Of a stretch of 64,000 nucleotides of DNA, positions 9,936 to 19,292 are shown piece after piece. Position 1 is the stretch's first letter. Each line of letters begins with the position of its first letter. A program made the position numbers and the translations under genes. The notes beneath the pieces are model-generated. The model searched no databases, was not told where the DNA came from, and was given only the letters and a program-made list of their open reading frames with translations. This DNA is from Candidatus Poribacteria bacterium (GTDB lineage: Bacteria > Poribacteria > WGA-4E > WGA-3G). The stretch is from positions 1,024,001-1,088,000 of the forward strand of contig OZ242029.1 of assembly GCA_965205015.1 (NCBI GenBank). Reading direction: 5' to 3'.

Positions 9936-10119
9936 GTAGGGGCAATCCCTTGTGGTTGCCCAATCCATTGGGGTTGTCCAATCCATTGGGGTTGCCCAAT
10001 CCCTTGGGGTTGTCCAATCCATTGGGGTTGCCCAATCCCTTGGGATTGTCCAATCCATTGGGGTTGTCCAATCCATTGGGGTAGTTTCCCGTTTGGGCAG
10101 GTACAAGACCTGCCCCTAC
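9936..10119. repeat. Inverted pair of GTAG-type REP palindromes enclosing seven 18-bp tandem repeats
   Basis: GTAGGGGCAATCCCTTGTGGTTGCCC at 9936; GGGCAGGTACAAGACCTGCCCCTAC ending 10119; seven units of consensus GGTTGYCCAATCCMTTGG at 9954-10079. Confidence 0.88.
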
Positions 10120-10136
10120 AGGCTGACGGCTATAGA

Positions 10137-11816
10137 CTACCTCTTTATCTTGAGAATCCCAAAACTGTTTTTACGGATCACGAGTTCCGTTGACTTCCCA
10201 CGCCATTCTTGGATACTAACCTCAATTTTGCCGGATCCTTCCATTTTGGCGTTGCCTCCATTCGTTGCATCGAGCCTTTCATTAGCAACATAACGGTAGT
10301 TGACGCTGTCCCTGTAGCGTTTACCATCAATTAGGAGTTGTGGTTCGTATTGCTCACCTGTGCGATTACTAACGAGGATAGTCAGATGTTCCGCAGCACT
10401 CCCACCGATGGCTTGCGCCTGAATACCGGGCATCTGCTTGCCATGATATTCCATGGCTCCGGTAAGAAGAGGCTGGTTTTGAATAGTCAGAGCGAATTGC
10501 GTATTTGAATCAGCAAATGCTTCACCGATGAGTTGAAAAGTAGGGTAGACAGCACGTCGAATGGTGTTACCGAAATCGGATTCCAGTTCACCCCCATATT
10601 TCCAAAAGGTACTGGGCATTATAGGGGTTATACGCGAAAACACAGGGAATCCTTTTCCGAAACCCGTGAGAACGTGAAAGTTCGCCTGTGTGACATTCGG
10701 AATCGATAGCATTTTCAGAAAAAAATCACCCACGTACATTGCATGGAGTTGTGTATTCGCGACTCGATTTGCGGGATTGGCGATGTTCCACTCGGTTATC
10801 CACATCTCTTTATTTGGAAATAACTGCTCATAGTAATCAATTGCCTCCGCGACCCCAAAGTGAATCCATCCCATGAGGTAGCGGCGCATCTCTTCAATCT
10901 CTTTTTTCCGGATAGCCTTATAGGCATAGACATGAACGGTGTAAGCATCGTAAAAACTGGTATCCGCTGCGAGACCTTCATCCCATTTCCGTTGCTGGGT
11001 TTTTATCAACCAACCTTCTTTTTGGAAAGCAATCGGGGTAACACAGACAGATATCTTTATATCCGGATTAACGGCTTTCATCGCTGCGGCGTGTTTCTTA
11101 GCTGCCGTTATGTAGGTTCCAACGGTCGGGTATTTGTTAAAATAATGTGGCAGATAGTATTCGTTACCGAGTTCCCAATGGGTAATCTGATATCCCTTGT
11201 CTTTAGCATAGCGGACCCATGCTGCGCTCTCTTCTGGGCTGCCCGTCCATAAGTTTACAACAATAATGGGTGTTATATTCAGCGTGTTGCAGAGCTGCAT
11301 AAAATCGTCGAAAAGAATTTTACCGTTCCGCCGCCTTTGAAGTTTAACGTATTTTCCTTTATTTCGTTTATTAAGTTTTGTATAGAGGGTTGATGCCATT
11401 TCATTTTCAAAAAAGCCGCCAGGTTCCCAATGATAGAAGTTCGCAACCTCCCCACCGGGAAATCGCAAGGTCTTTGGTGCAAGTGCCTCAGTCAAGGTAA
11501 CAAAATCCTCATCAAGGTAACCGTAATCACCATCCATCATGTTTGAATTGAAGCCGTAGAGTGCCTGACGAAGCGGTTGTCTATTACGTGTGTCAATTTC
11601 TAAATACAGTGTATCAGAAAACAGCGGTCGGGTTTGACAACCGATTACCAGAAATAGTATCACCAGAATGGCTATCGGCAGGCGGCAGGCGGTAGTCAGT
11701 CGATCGTTGTGGGGGCTGCCACAGTTTTCACCTGTCGCACGGTTCCCTTTACTCACAACTGATCCCTGACGGCTTCTTTGCTGATGGCTGATGGCTGATG
11801 GTTGACTGTTATTCAT
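10137..11816 (-). CDS. Clan GH-A glycoside hydrolase (GH51/GH79-like), probable lipoprotein
   Basis: LRFPGG, WELGNE (acid/base), WITEWN (nucleophile); hydrophobic stretch ending in the lipobox-like LVIGC; start overlaps the upstream stop (ATGA). Confidence 0.8.
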   Translation of the reverse strand: MNNSQPSAISHQQRSRQGSVVSKGNRATGENCGSPHNDRLTTACRLPIAILVILFLVIGCQTRPLFSDTLYLEIDTRNRQPLRQALYGFNSNMMDGDYGYLDEDFVTLTEALAPKTLRFPGGEVANFYHWEPGGFFENEMASTLYTKLNKRNKGKYVKLQRRRNGKILFDDFMQLCNTLNITPIIVVNLWTGSPEESAAWVRYAKDKGYQITHWELGNEYYLPHYFNKYPTVGTYITAAKKHAAAMKAVNPDIKISVCVTPIAFQKEGWLIKTQQRKWDEGLAADTSFYDAYTVHVYAYKAIRKKEIEEMRRYLMGWIHFGVAEAIDYYEQLFPNKEMWITEWNIANPANRVANTQLHAMYVGDFFLKMLSIPNVTQANFHVLTGFGKGFPVFSRITPIMPSTFWKYGGELESDFGNTIRRAVYPTFQLIGEAFADSNTQFALTIQNQPLLTGAMEYHGKQMPGIQAQAIGGSAAEHLTILVSNRTGEQYEPQLLIDGKRYRDSVNYRYVANERLDATNGGNAKMEGSGKIEVSIQEWRGKSTELVIRKNSFGILKIKR

Positions 11817-13210
11817 AATGTTACCCTCAACGGTCTATAGGTTGGAAGCGATCTATCACTGGCAAACATAAGCCCCGCACAGAGCCAGAAGTAAAATCCA
11901 TAACCTCGATACTCAAGCGTTCGATTAAAGAAAAGCAAGAATACAGTAACGGCGACAAGACAGAGCATGATAATTGCGATCCGTTGTGTCAGGTTTGAGC
12001 GGACAGGCACAAGACCGGTTTCCCCTGCGGTAGATGATGGACTCATAGATCGTTTATAAAGCCTCAGCGCAGCGCGAAAGAGTTGGTAAAATATCAAAGC
12101 AAAAAAGCCCAGTCCCAATATGCCATAGAAACACAGGATAGCGACCCAATACACATCTTTGAACCCGCTCTTACTGAGGACTTTAAGGAGGAACGATCGC
12201 TTGCTCATATTGAGTTTTTCAATCGTGGTGTTCTGGTCGGCACCATAACCTAAGATTGGTTTGTTAACAAGAACCGTCGGGACATTCCCGATCAACGCCC
12301 CCAGTCTCTGTTTTTGTGCGACACGGACATAAGACCCAGAAAATACGCCTGTTACGTTGCCGACGAGCCCGACTCTCGCTTTACGTGGGTTTATGTACTC
12401 AAGGTTGAACGGGTTCACCACTGCCAGTAGAATCCCGAAGATGAGGACAATCGCCAATGCTAAGCGAAGGGTCTTTTTCCACCCGTGATGGAAGTAGAAC
12501 CACGCCCCACCCGCGAGAAGGGCGGAGAAGGTCGCAGCGCGCGAATACGAACGCGCGATAAAGAAAAATAGTATGATTGCACCGAGCAGGTTCAGGTATT
12601 CAAGTCGCCGAATACGAGAGAGATAGATAACAAGGACAAGAATCATAAATATCCCATAAATTACGGTATCCCCCAAAGTACCGTAAATGCTGCCAATCTC
12701 TCTACCGAGTTCAAGCAATCTGTATTCTTTCGTAAATCCAGCAATACCAAGTGTTGACTCACGTGGTAAGAAGAAATCAAACGCGGCAGGTCCGCCTACC
12801 CACTGAATGATACCTGCGGCAAGTTGGAAAACCCCGACCACAAGAATTATGCGCAAGAGGGTTGTAATTCGTCTCTCCGACAGAGCGGAGTTCGCGATGA
12901 GATAGAAGAGGACAATATACCGAGCAAAGGGTCGGACGTTGTAAAGACTGCCTATCAACGGAGATCCGTTTATCAGAATCGAGAGCAGGACAACAGTATA
13001 AAAGCCGATAACTGGCAAATCAATCGCTGTCTTGACGAATGGGATACCTCTATGGAGTTTATGGATGACGAGTTTTCCAAAGGCTACATAGATAAGGCTT
13101 TCACCGAAAAACCTTAAATAAGAGTAGATAGTATCACTCACCGGTAAAAACTTCAGTATAAACTCTTCAAAAGCGACGTATCCTGTTAAAAAATAAATCA
13201 TAAATTCCAA
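11813..13210 (-). CDS. Wzy polymerase / O-antigen-ligase-like multi-pass membrane protein
   Basis: About 10-12 hydrophobic segments; SYSRA motif; periplasmic loop ending KPILGYG; located in a glycan operon. Confidence 0.78.
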   Translation of the reverse strand: MEFMIYFLTGYVAFEEFILKFLPVSDTIYSYLRFFGESLIYVAFGKLVIHKLHRGIPFVKTAIDLPVIGFYTVVLLSILINGSPLIGSLYNVRPFARYIVLFYLIANSALSERRITTLLRIILVVGVFQLAAGIIQWVGGPAAFDFFLPRESTLGIAGFTKEYRLLELGREIGSIYGTLGDTVIYGIFMILVLVIYLSRIRRLEYLNLLGAIILFFFIARSYSRAATFSALLAGGAWFYFHHGWKKTLRLALAIVLIFGILLAVVNPFNLEYINPRKARVGLVGNVTGVFSGSYVRVAQKQRLGALIGNVPTVLVNKPILGYGADQNTTIEKLNMSKRSFLLKVLSKSGFKDVYWVAILCFYGILGLGFFALIFYQLFRAALRLYKRSMSPSSTAGETGLVPVRSNLTQRIAIIMLCLVAVTVFLLFFNRTLEYRGYGFYFWLCAGLMFASDRSLPTYRPLRVTL

Positions 13211-14124
13211 GAAGAAAGATCTCTGCCTAATAACTCAGCCAATTGCTCGTTAAATGGCTTAAAATACGCCCTCTGGCGTTCGCGTGTTTTCGGGTCCAGC
13301 GGAGGTGGCGTTGAATCTGTATCGCTCTTCGGAGACCTGTCGTTCCAATCCAGAACGGCTTTTCTCAACTTGTAAGCGGTGGCATCCGGCAGAAATTTCC
13401 GAATGACTCTTCTCAGCGGATTGTGAGATGCCAGAAATTGTGTAAAGAGAAAGTTGAATTTTTCATAACGTGGCAGCGTGGCTTGGTTATGCCGTTCACC
13501 TATCGTCGGACTGAAATCGGCAGAGACCCCCATACGATCAAAGAGTTGCTGACAGACCGCCTCAGCGTTATCCTTTAAATCATCCGTTAAGACGCACTGC
13601 ACGTGATTGGTGCCAAATTGGGTTATCAAATTCTTGACATGCGGATAATAGATGCCGTTGTATTGATAAGCACATTGTCGCCATTTAAACCAGTCTTCGT
13701 TCAGGCGGGCTTCCTCGGCAACAAGTGCCTCCTCATAAGTTTTGATGTTCTCCCAACCTCTCCGTCGAGCCCACCAATAGGCAGAATAAGCACGCGCTAC
13801 AGGTTCCCGTAGGAGAACAACAAGGTGTATCTGCGGATTGTGTTCATAAATCCGTTGCATGACTTCCGGTGAATGCATCACCATTACATTCTTAGCGATA
13901 AGAGACTTATCCTCAATTTCGCTGCGGGTATTCTCTCCAATAAAGTACTTCGCAAAAGCCCACTCATATCCGCGCGTGTATTCACGCCCCTGCAGGAAGA
14001 ACGTCATTTCCGGTTGTGCATGCGTGTGGATATCCGGATGCTGTGCCAAGTAGCGGAGAAGCGAAGAGGTTCCCGCTTTCTGTGCGCCAACAATCATCAA
14101 CTGGATTTTCCGCAAGTTTTCCAT
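13198..14124 (-). CDS. Sulfotransferase of the Sulfotransfer_1 type (heparan-sulfate sulfotransferase-like motifs)
   Basis: IVGAQKAGTSSL; LAQHP; LLREPVARAYSAY; G.Y..H. Confidence 0.9.
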   Translation of the reverse strand: MENLRKIQLMIVGAQKAGTSSLLRYLAQHPDIHTHAQPEMTFFLQGREYTRGYEWAFAKYFIGENTRSEIEDKSLIAKNVMVMHSPEVMQRIYEHNPQIHLVVLLREPVARAYSAYWWARRRGWENIKTYEEALVAEEARLNEDWFKWRQCAYQYNGIYYPHVKNLITQFGTNHVQCVLTDDLKDNAEAVCQQLFDRMGVSADFSPTIGERHNQATLPRYEKFNFLFTQFLASHNPLRRVIRKFLPDATAYKLRKAVLDWNDRSPKSDTDSTPPPLDPKTRERQRAYFKPFNEQLAELLGRDLSSWNL

Positions 14125-15077
14125 GGTATGGGTTTCCCAATCAATTCGCCGAGTGCTCGAACATCCGACGCGTAATAATCAATTAAACGGTGCTTCGTTT
14201 CTTCTGACATCTGAGGCCTCTCATCCGCCCGTGTGTTCAACCGGAGATAGAGCGGCTCAATGGTGCGTTTGATTGCCCGCAACGGCATATGAATAACCGG
14301 CTTGTTATGCGTCCACTGGCGCAATTGAAACCGGAAGTCTCTATACTTTCGATGCAACTCAGAATTTCGCATCTGCTGGGTACGATTCGTTACTTTGAAG
14401 GCATAATCGGTAAAAAAACCGGCATCAATACCAGCGAAATCGCACAACTTTGCCAGAGTATCCGCCGGTTGTGCTGCAAGTTCCTCATAAAAGAGGATAT
14501 GGACACGCTCCGTACCGACTCGGTGAAAATAAGGCTCCAAATAGTTAGTATAACATCCTTGCTGGAGTGTTTGCAAGTGCTGCGCTTCTGTCTTTTCATG
14601 GCGATTCGTAGCAGCGAAAAGCAATTCAACATACGCGTCAAAACTCACAGTCTGTGGTAATTTGCCAATTTGCCTCGCAAACCGATACCAAGAGATTAAC
14701 CTGGAAATCGGCTCACGGAGACTGAACGCTAACTTTGCCTCCGGTAGCGATGTAGCGATTCTCTCACGGGCTTTCTCACAATACAGATAGTCGGGGGTCG
14801 ATTCCATCCGAAGCTGCGTTTCATCAGCATCAGGGAATAAAAGGTTGTACTCTTCGACATTCCCCGCCTGTTGATCTTCTCCATATCGATATTTTGAGGG
14901 AAGCGGATAGTCGCTGCTGAGAAAAAACCGAGTCTCCTTGTAGGTGGCAGCGCAAATAGCGGGATGATCCGCCAAGTAGGTGAACAAAGACGTTGTCGCC
15001 GCCTTTGTAGTGCCCCCTATGATGAGATAATGGTAATCCGCAACGTTTTTCGTTAAGGTCATTTTTCTTCTTTCCAC
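14097..15077 (-). CDS. Sulfotransferase of the Sulfotransfer_1 type (heparan-sulfate sulfotransferase-like motifs)
   Basis: IIGGTTKAATTSL; KETRFF; ESTPDY; LREPISRLISWY. True start may be ATG 15062. Confidence 0.9.
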   Translation of the reverse strand: MERRKMTLTKNVADYHYLIIGGTTKAATTSLFTYLADHPAICAATYKETRFFLSSDYPLPSKYRYGEDQQAGNVEEYNLLFPDADETQLRMESTPDYLYCEKARERIATSLPEAKLAFSLREPISRLISWYRFARQIGKLPQTVSFDAYVELLFAATNRHEKTEAQHLQTLQQGCYTNYLEPYFHRVGTERVHILFYEELAAQPADTLAKLCDFAGIDAGFFTDYAFKVTNRTQQMRNSELHRKYRDFRFQLRQWTHNKPVIHMPLRAIKRTIEPLYLRLNTRADERPQMSEETKHRLIDYYASDVRALGELIGKPIPWKTCGKSS

Positions 15078-15088
15078 CTAACACACGA

Positions 15089-15327
15089 CATGTAGGGGCA
15101 GGTCTTGTACCTGCCCAAACCAGAAACCACCACATCAGCATGTAGGGACAGGTCTTGTACCTGCCCAAACCAGAAACCACCACATCAGCATGTAGGGGCA
15201 GGTCTTGTACCTGCCCAAACCAGAAACCACCACATCAGCATGTAGGGACAGGTCTTGTACCTGCCCAAACCAGAAACCACCACATCAGCATGTAGGGGCA
15301 GGTCTTGTACCTGCCCAAACCAGAAAC
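15089..15327. repeat. Tandem array of five 50-bp units (last one partial), each with a GTAG REP hairpin
   Basis: Unit CATGTAGGG(G/A)CAGGTCTTGTACCTGCCCAAACCAGAAACCACCACATCAG starts at 15089, 15139, 15189, 15239, 15289; the variant base alternates G-A-G-A-G. Confidence 0.95.
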
Positions 15328-15333
15328 TGCTAA

Positions 15334-16707
15334 TTAGAACCAAGACACCCGCGTCCTTCGCAGGAGATACGTCAGGTTCCCAACAGATAGAAGGGCAGTA
15401 ATTGCTACAGATAACGCGACAGACAAAAGCCACCAGGTTTCGATTAACCCGTACGCCAACAGAAAATTGAGAATTGCCATTGTCACCATATTTGTGAAAA
15501 TAGCGCGGTATGCCCTTTGCGCGTAAAGTCCGGCATTCAGCACAGGTATCAGACAAGAAAATATCATTCCCGTGCTGAGCCAAAAGAGGAGTTGCCCTAT
15601 CAATTCAATTGACGTCTGATCGATTGTCCCTCTCCCATACAAGAGTGAACTGATCCTTCCGTGAAATATCAGCAAGACCAAGGTTACCGGAAATCCGATA
15701 ATTATAGCCGCACGTGCGTTTCGGTTGAGGCTACGCCCTAATTCCGCTTTATCGCCTGTCGCGTCGTGCTCGGTGGTCCCGTGATCACGATCATCGTGAT
15801 TTGACCCGAAACTCGTGCTTTGCTGCCTTGTATTGGCGTTGAGTTTCGGATTAAGTGCTACGGCTGTCGCCATCTCGGGTAAGCCAGTTGTTGCGATACT
15901 GATACCGATGAGTGTCTGCAGCGCTGAAAAGATTTGGAAGGCAGACTTATAGAGTGTGATAGCCCCACTTCCAAGTTGTGAAACAAGGTACACCTCAACC
16001 AGCAAGCGGTTTACGATTTGTCGTATCCCGAAGCCGAGCGTCGGAAGAGCAACCGTGTTTTTCAAAGAACGCAGCGTGTCCACAGAAACGCCCGTGAATT
16101 CATATCGATGTCCTATTCGATATGCTCCGATGCCCAACCACCCAAAGTAAGCAATAAAGCCGCCAGTGTATGCCATCGCCACCCAGTTTTCAAGGCGCTG
16201 TGTATTCCATAGGAGCAAAAATATAAACGCTGCAGTGCCAGCAGGTAAGGCGTTTCGGAGTGCCACCGTCTTGAAATGTCGCTGGCTATTCAGGAAAGCC
16301 CCCAGTACCGTGCTACCACATCCGAAGATAAGGAGAGGGGCGCAAAATCGCAACAGTGTGGTAACTCTCTGGACATCAACAGTTGATTTCCATAACAACC
16401 CACCTGCTATCCACGGCGCGAGCAGCTCAATCAGAATGAAAACTCCGAAGCCAATACTGAGCAACAAAATTAGGAGGCTATTCGTGAAACGTTGGTATTC
16501 GGTGCGTGTCATCTCCTTCCCGTTTGCGACAAAGACCGGAACGAGACTAAATTTGGCACCTTCCCGGACAACCGTATCTACTAACAGCACGACTGTTAAC
16601 GCCACAATGAGCGCATCGGCGGTATCGCTGAATCCGAAGCGTTTTGGAATCAATAGGACCCGGACGAGCAGACTCAACCCCATTCCAGCAAGGGTAATCA
16701 GCATCAC
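15334..16707 (-). CDS. MurJ/MviN-family (MOP superfamily) lipid-linked oligosaccharide flippase
   Basis: FG...DA, EGA...LVPVF, LN.QRHF, L.GISIAT..LP, LYGRG, LYA motifs; many TM helices. Start uncertain. Confidence 0.8.
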   Translation of the reverse strand: MMLITLAGMGLSLLVRVLLIPKRFGFSDTADALIVALTVVLLVDTVVREGAKFSLVPVFVANGKEMTRTEYQRFTNSLLILLLSIGFGVFILIELLAPWIAGGLLWKSTVDVQRVTTLLRFCAPLLIFGCGSTVLGAFLNSQRHFKTVALRNALPAGTAAFIFLLLWNTQRLENWVAMAYTGGFIAYFGWLGIGAYRIGHRYEFTGVSVDTLRSLKNTVALPTLGFGIRQIVNRLLVEVYLVSQLGSGAITLYKSAFQIFSALQTLIGISIATTGLPEMATAVALNPKLNANTRQQSTSFGSNHDDRDHGTTEHDATGDKAELGRSLNRNARAAIIIGFPVTLVLLIFHGRISSLLYGRGTIDQTSIELIGQLLFWLSTGMIFSCLIPVLNAGLYAQRAYRAIFTNMVTMAILNFLLAYGLIETWWLLSVALSVAITALLSVGNLTYLLRRTRVSWF

Positions 16708-16720
16708 CCAAAACGTTTTT

Positions 16721-16908
16721 TTAATTTTTCCTTGCGGAGGAACGACGCGCGTTAGAACTTTAGCGTGCGTTTCTTAAATCCGCCCTCCATTTCATTACGG
16801 GCTACAGCTTACCCAATTCAGAAGCCTGCAACAACGGCGCAGGCGGCTGGACGCAACGGAACCTTTCATTCATCCAATTCACCTGACCGAACGGCAAGGT
16901 AAAATTAA
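16721..16908. mobile_element. Candidate ~190-bp MITE with 17-bp imperfect TIRs and an internal GTAG REP
   Basis: TTAATTTTTCCTTGCGG (16721-16737) versus the reverse complement of 16892-16908, TTAATTTTACCTTGCCG (15/17); internal CCCTCCATTTCATTACGGGCTAC; the same end motif recurs at 24804-24820. Confidence 0.6.
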
Positions 16909-17903
16909 GAATTCCAGGTTTCGGGTAGATTTTTGCGAATCTCAATGTCTGTAAACAGTGTGGAAGCCCGCGGTCCAACGGACTGTGCCCATGTTGCCAT
17001 TCTCTGTAAGCCCTCTGGAAGCGAGACTTCGGATGTCGTCCCAAAGACCTTTTGAAACTTCTCGTGTGTGCAATAGGCATGTTTCACCTCTTCTCTTGCA
17101 CGCACGTTGATAACAGAGACTTCCTTTCCCATCGCTGTCATCACCAAGTCTGCCAATTCGTTGACGGATACATGCTCGTCCGATCCGACGTTGAACACCT
17201 CTCCGGCTGCTTCGGGTATGTCAACGGCATGCGCGATGTGTGGAGCAACATCCGCAATATGCGTGAAGGCGCGCGTCTGCTCACCGTCCCCAAAGATAAC
17301 TAACGGTTCCCCCTGCATAATATTATTCATGAAAATGCCGATGACGTTTCGATACTTGTCCCCGATATTCTGGAGTTCACCGTAGACGTTGTGGGGACGG
17401 AAAATGGTATACTCCAAACCGAAAAGCCGCTTTGCGACAGCGAGTTCCTGTTCAACGGCATATTTAGCGATGCCGTAAGAATCCTCGGGCATAGGCGTGA
17501 GTGCCTCATGCATCGGAAGTTGGTTCGCACCGTAGACAGCGATGGAAGAGGTGAACACAAACCGCTTGACGTCGTGGTTCACCGCTGCATTGATGAGGTT
17601 TACACTGCCAATGAGGTTGTTCTGGTAGTTAAATCGTTTAATAAAGTGACTGAGCCCTTCCGCTGCATACGCGGCGAGATGATAGATATAGTCGAATTGG
17701 TATTGCTCACAGAGTTTATTTATGAGTTGCGCGTCAAGGATGCTTCCTTCAACAAAGGTTACGGCAGGATTGAGATTCTCACGGAAGCCGCCACTGAGGT
17801 CATCAAGTGCAACAACGTCTGTGTTACCTTGTTCGAGCAGTTCATTAACGACGTGCGCGCCCATAAAGCCCGCGCCACCTGTGACTAATGCTTTATTTTT
17901 CAT
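16905..17903 (-). CDS. NAD-dependent nucleotide-sugar epimerase/dehydratase (GalE-like SDR)
   Basis: VTGGAGFMG; HLAA; FTSS.AVYG; YGIAK (YxxxK); RPHNVYG; GDGEQTRAF. Confidence 0.93.
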   Translation of the reverse strand: MKNKALVTGGAGFMGAHVVNELLEQGNTDVVALDDLSGGFRENLNPAVTFVEGSILDAQLINKLCEQYQFDYIYHLAAYAAEGLSHFIKRFNYQNNLIGSVNLINAAVNHDVKRFVFTSSIAVYGANQLPMHEALTPMPEDSYGIAKYAVEQELAVAKRLFGLEYTIFRPHNVYGELQNIGDKYRNVIGIFMNNIMQGEPLVIFGDGEQTRAFTHIADVAPHIAHAVDIPEAAGEVFNVGSDEHVSVNELADLVMTAMGKEVSVINVRAREEVKHAYCTHEKFQKVFGTTSEVSLPEGLQRMATWAQSVGPRASTLFTDIEIRKNLPETWNS

Positions 17904-18044
17904 GTTTGGTTGGCACTATTCCTTATTATTTTAGTACTACGAGCCGTCTTGCCTGTTTGTACGTCGGCGTTTCTAACTCACAAATATAAACTCCATTCGC
18001 TACGTGCTCCCCTAATTCGTTCATAATGGGTAGCCATTAAAATG

Positions 18045-19247
18045 CTACAAAAATTGTTGGTAGACCTTCATAATTTTTTCATAGTGAACCTCGGCGTTAA
18101 ACTCTGTCTCCACCTTTTGGCGACCCATGCGCCCCATCTCAACAGCTTCGCTTTTATGCTCGAACATCCACAACAACCGTTCTTGTAGCGCGTCTTTTCC
18201 ACCCGCTGGAAAGAGAAATCCATCAACGCCATCTTCAATGATTTCGGGAATCCCACCGATATCAGCACCGATCGCTGGCTTGCCGTAGGCGTAAGATTCT
18301 AAAATAGACATCGGGCAGTTTTCGTACAGCTCGGAGGGCAAGACCATACAAATGCTATTCTGAATCAATTCTCGGAGCGCATCGCCCTGTTTAAAACCGA
18401 GCAGATGAATATGCTCACATTCATTTTCTTCAAGCATACGTTGGATTTCAGGCACCGCCTCACCATCCCCGACAATATAAAGCGGTACGTGTTTGAGTGG
18501 CATCGCTGCTTCTATCAACGTAAAAATTCCTTTAGCCCGATACAACCGCCCGAAATAGAGAAGATAGTCCCCGGTTTTGAAACTCGGCGTGATGTCGGAG
18601 ACATCAACAAAGTTGTGTACAGTTGATATTTTATGTTCAGGAATACCGTACGAGATCATTTTTTTTCGGTTGAAGTGACATACCGAGATGAAATGGTCAA
18701 ATTTGTTATGTGAACCCAGTATCCGAGAGAAATAAGATTCGGTAACGCTTAACGTAGTACGAGCGAGCGAGCCCTTATTGCACCGTTTCGGGAGTGCCCG
18801 CCAAAAGTGCTTACCAGCACAGGCTTCACAAATTTCATCGTTTGAGATATGACTATGAACTGGACACGTCAACTTAAAATCGTGTAACGTCTGAATGAGT
18901 GGGATCCCTGCTTTTTTGAACTCGTTCAAGATTGAGGCGGTCAGCTTACCGTAGTAGATGTGAAAATGTGCGAGGTCAATTTTTGTGTCCTTTAGTAACC
19001 GCCGAATTGCGTTAACAGCATCGTATGAATAGAGAAAGCGCAACAAGTCGCCTACCGCCGGCTGCTCAAAATTTGCGCCGCGCGGGAAATAGCGTTCCCA
19101 TTCAGACGACTCATTTTCAGGATTTGCTGCCGTAAACGGGATGACTCGGTGTCCATGCTTTCTTAACAACTCAGCGAGGACAAAAAAATAGCGATCAGAA
19201 CCGCCGCGGACATAATGATTTTGTGAGACATTCAGAATAGTGTGCAT
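18045..19247 (-). CDS. Glycosyltransferase family 4 (GT-B)
   Basis: GGSDRY; TLHD; FGRL...KG; PSELYENCPMSILE (Ex7E); IGGIPEII. Confidence 0.93.
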   Translation of the reverse strand: MHTILNVSQNHYVRGGSDRYFFVLAELLRKHGHRVIPFTAANPENESSEWERYFPRGANFEQPAVGDLLRFLYSYDAVNAIRRLLKDTKIDLAHFHIYYGKLTASILNEFKKAGIPLIQTLHDFKLTCPVHSHISNDEICEACAGKHFWRALPKRCNKGSLARTTLSVTESYFSRILGSHNKFDHFISVCHFNRKKMISYGIPEHKISTVHNFVDVSDITPSFKTGDYLLYFGRLYRAKGIFTLIEAAMPLKHVPLYIVGDGEAVPEIQRMLEENECEHIHLLGFKQGDALRELIQNSICMVLPSELYENCPMSILESYAYGKPAIGADIGGIPEIIEDGVDGFLFPAGGKDALQERLLWMFEHKSEAVEMGRMGRQKVETEFNAEVHYEKIMKVYQQFL

Positions 19248-19292
19248 ATTCTGCTAAGGTTGGTGTTATTGTTTTGATTTCAGTTTTTCCAT

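Noticed and set aside
9921-10106. 61-aa ORF with repeated [12 protein letters not shown] cores resembling a multi-core RiPP precursor
   Set aside because: It is a translation of the 18-bp DNA repeat, starts at a TTG inside a REP, has no leader or SD, and no RiPP maturases are nearby.
15089-15327. CRISPR array
   Set aside because: Spacers are identical, the repeat is a GTAG REP found elsewhere in the window, and no cas genes are present.
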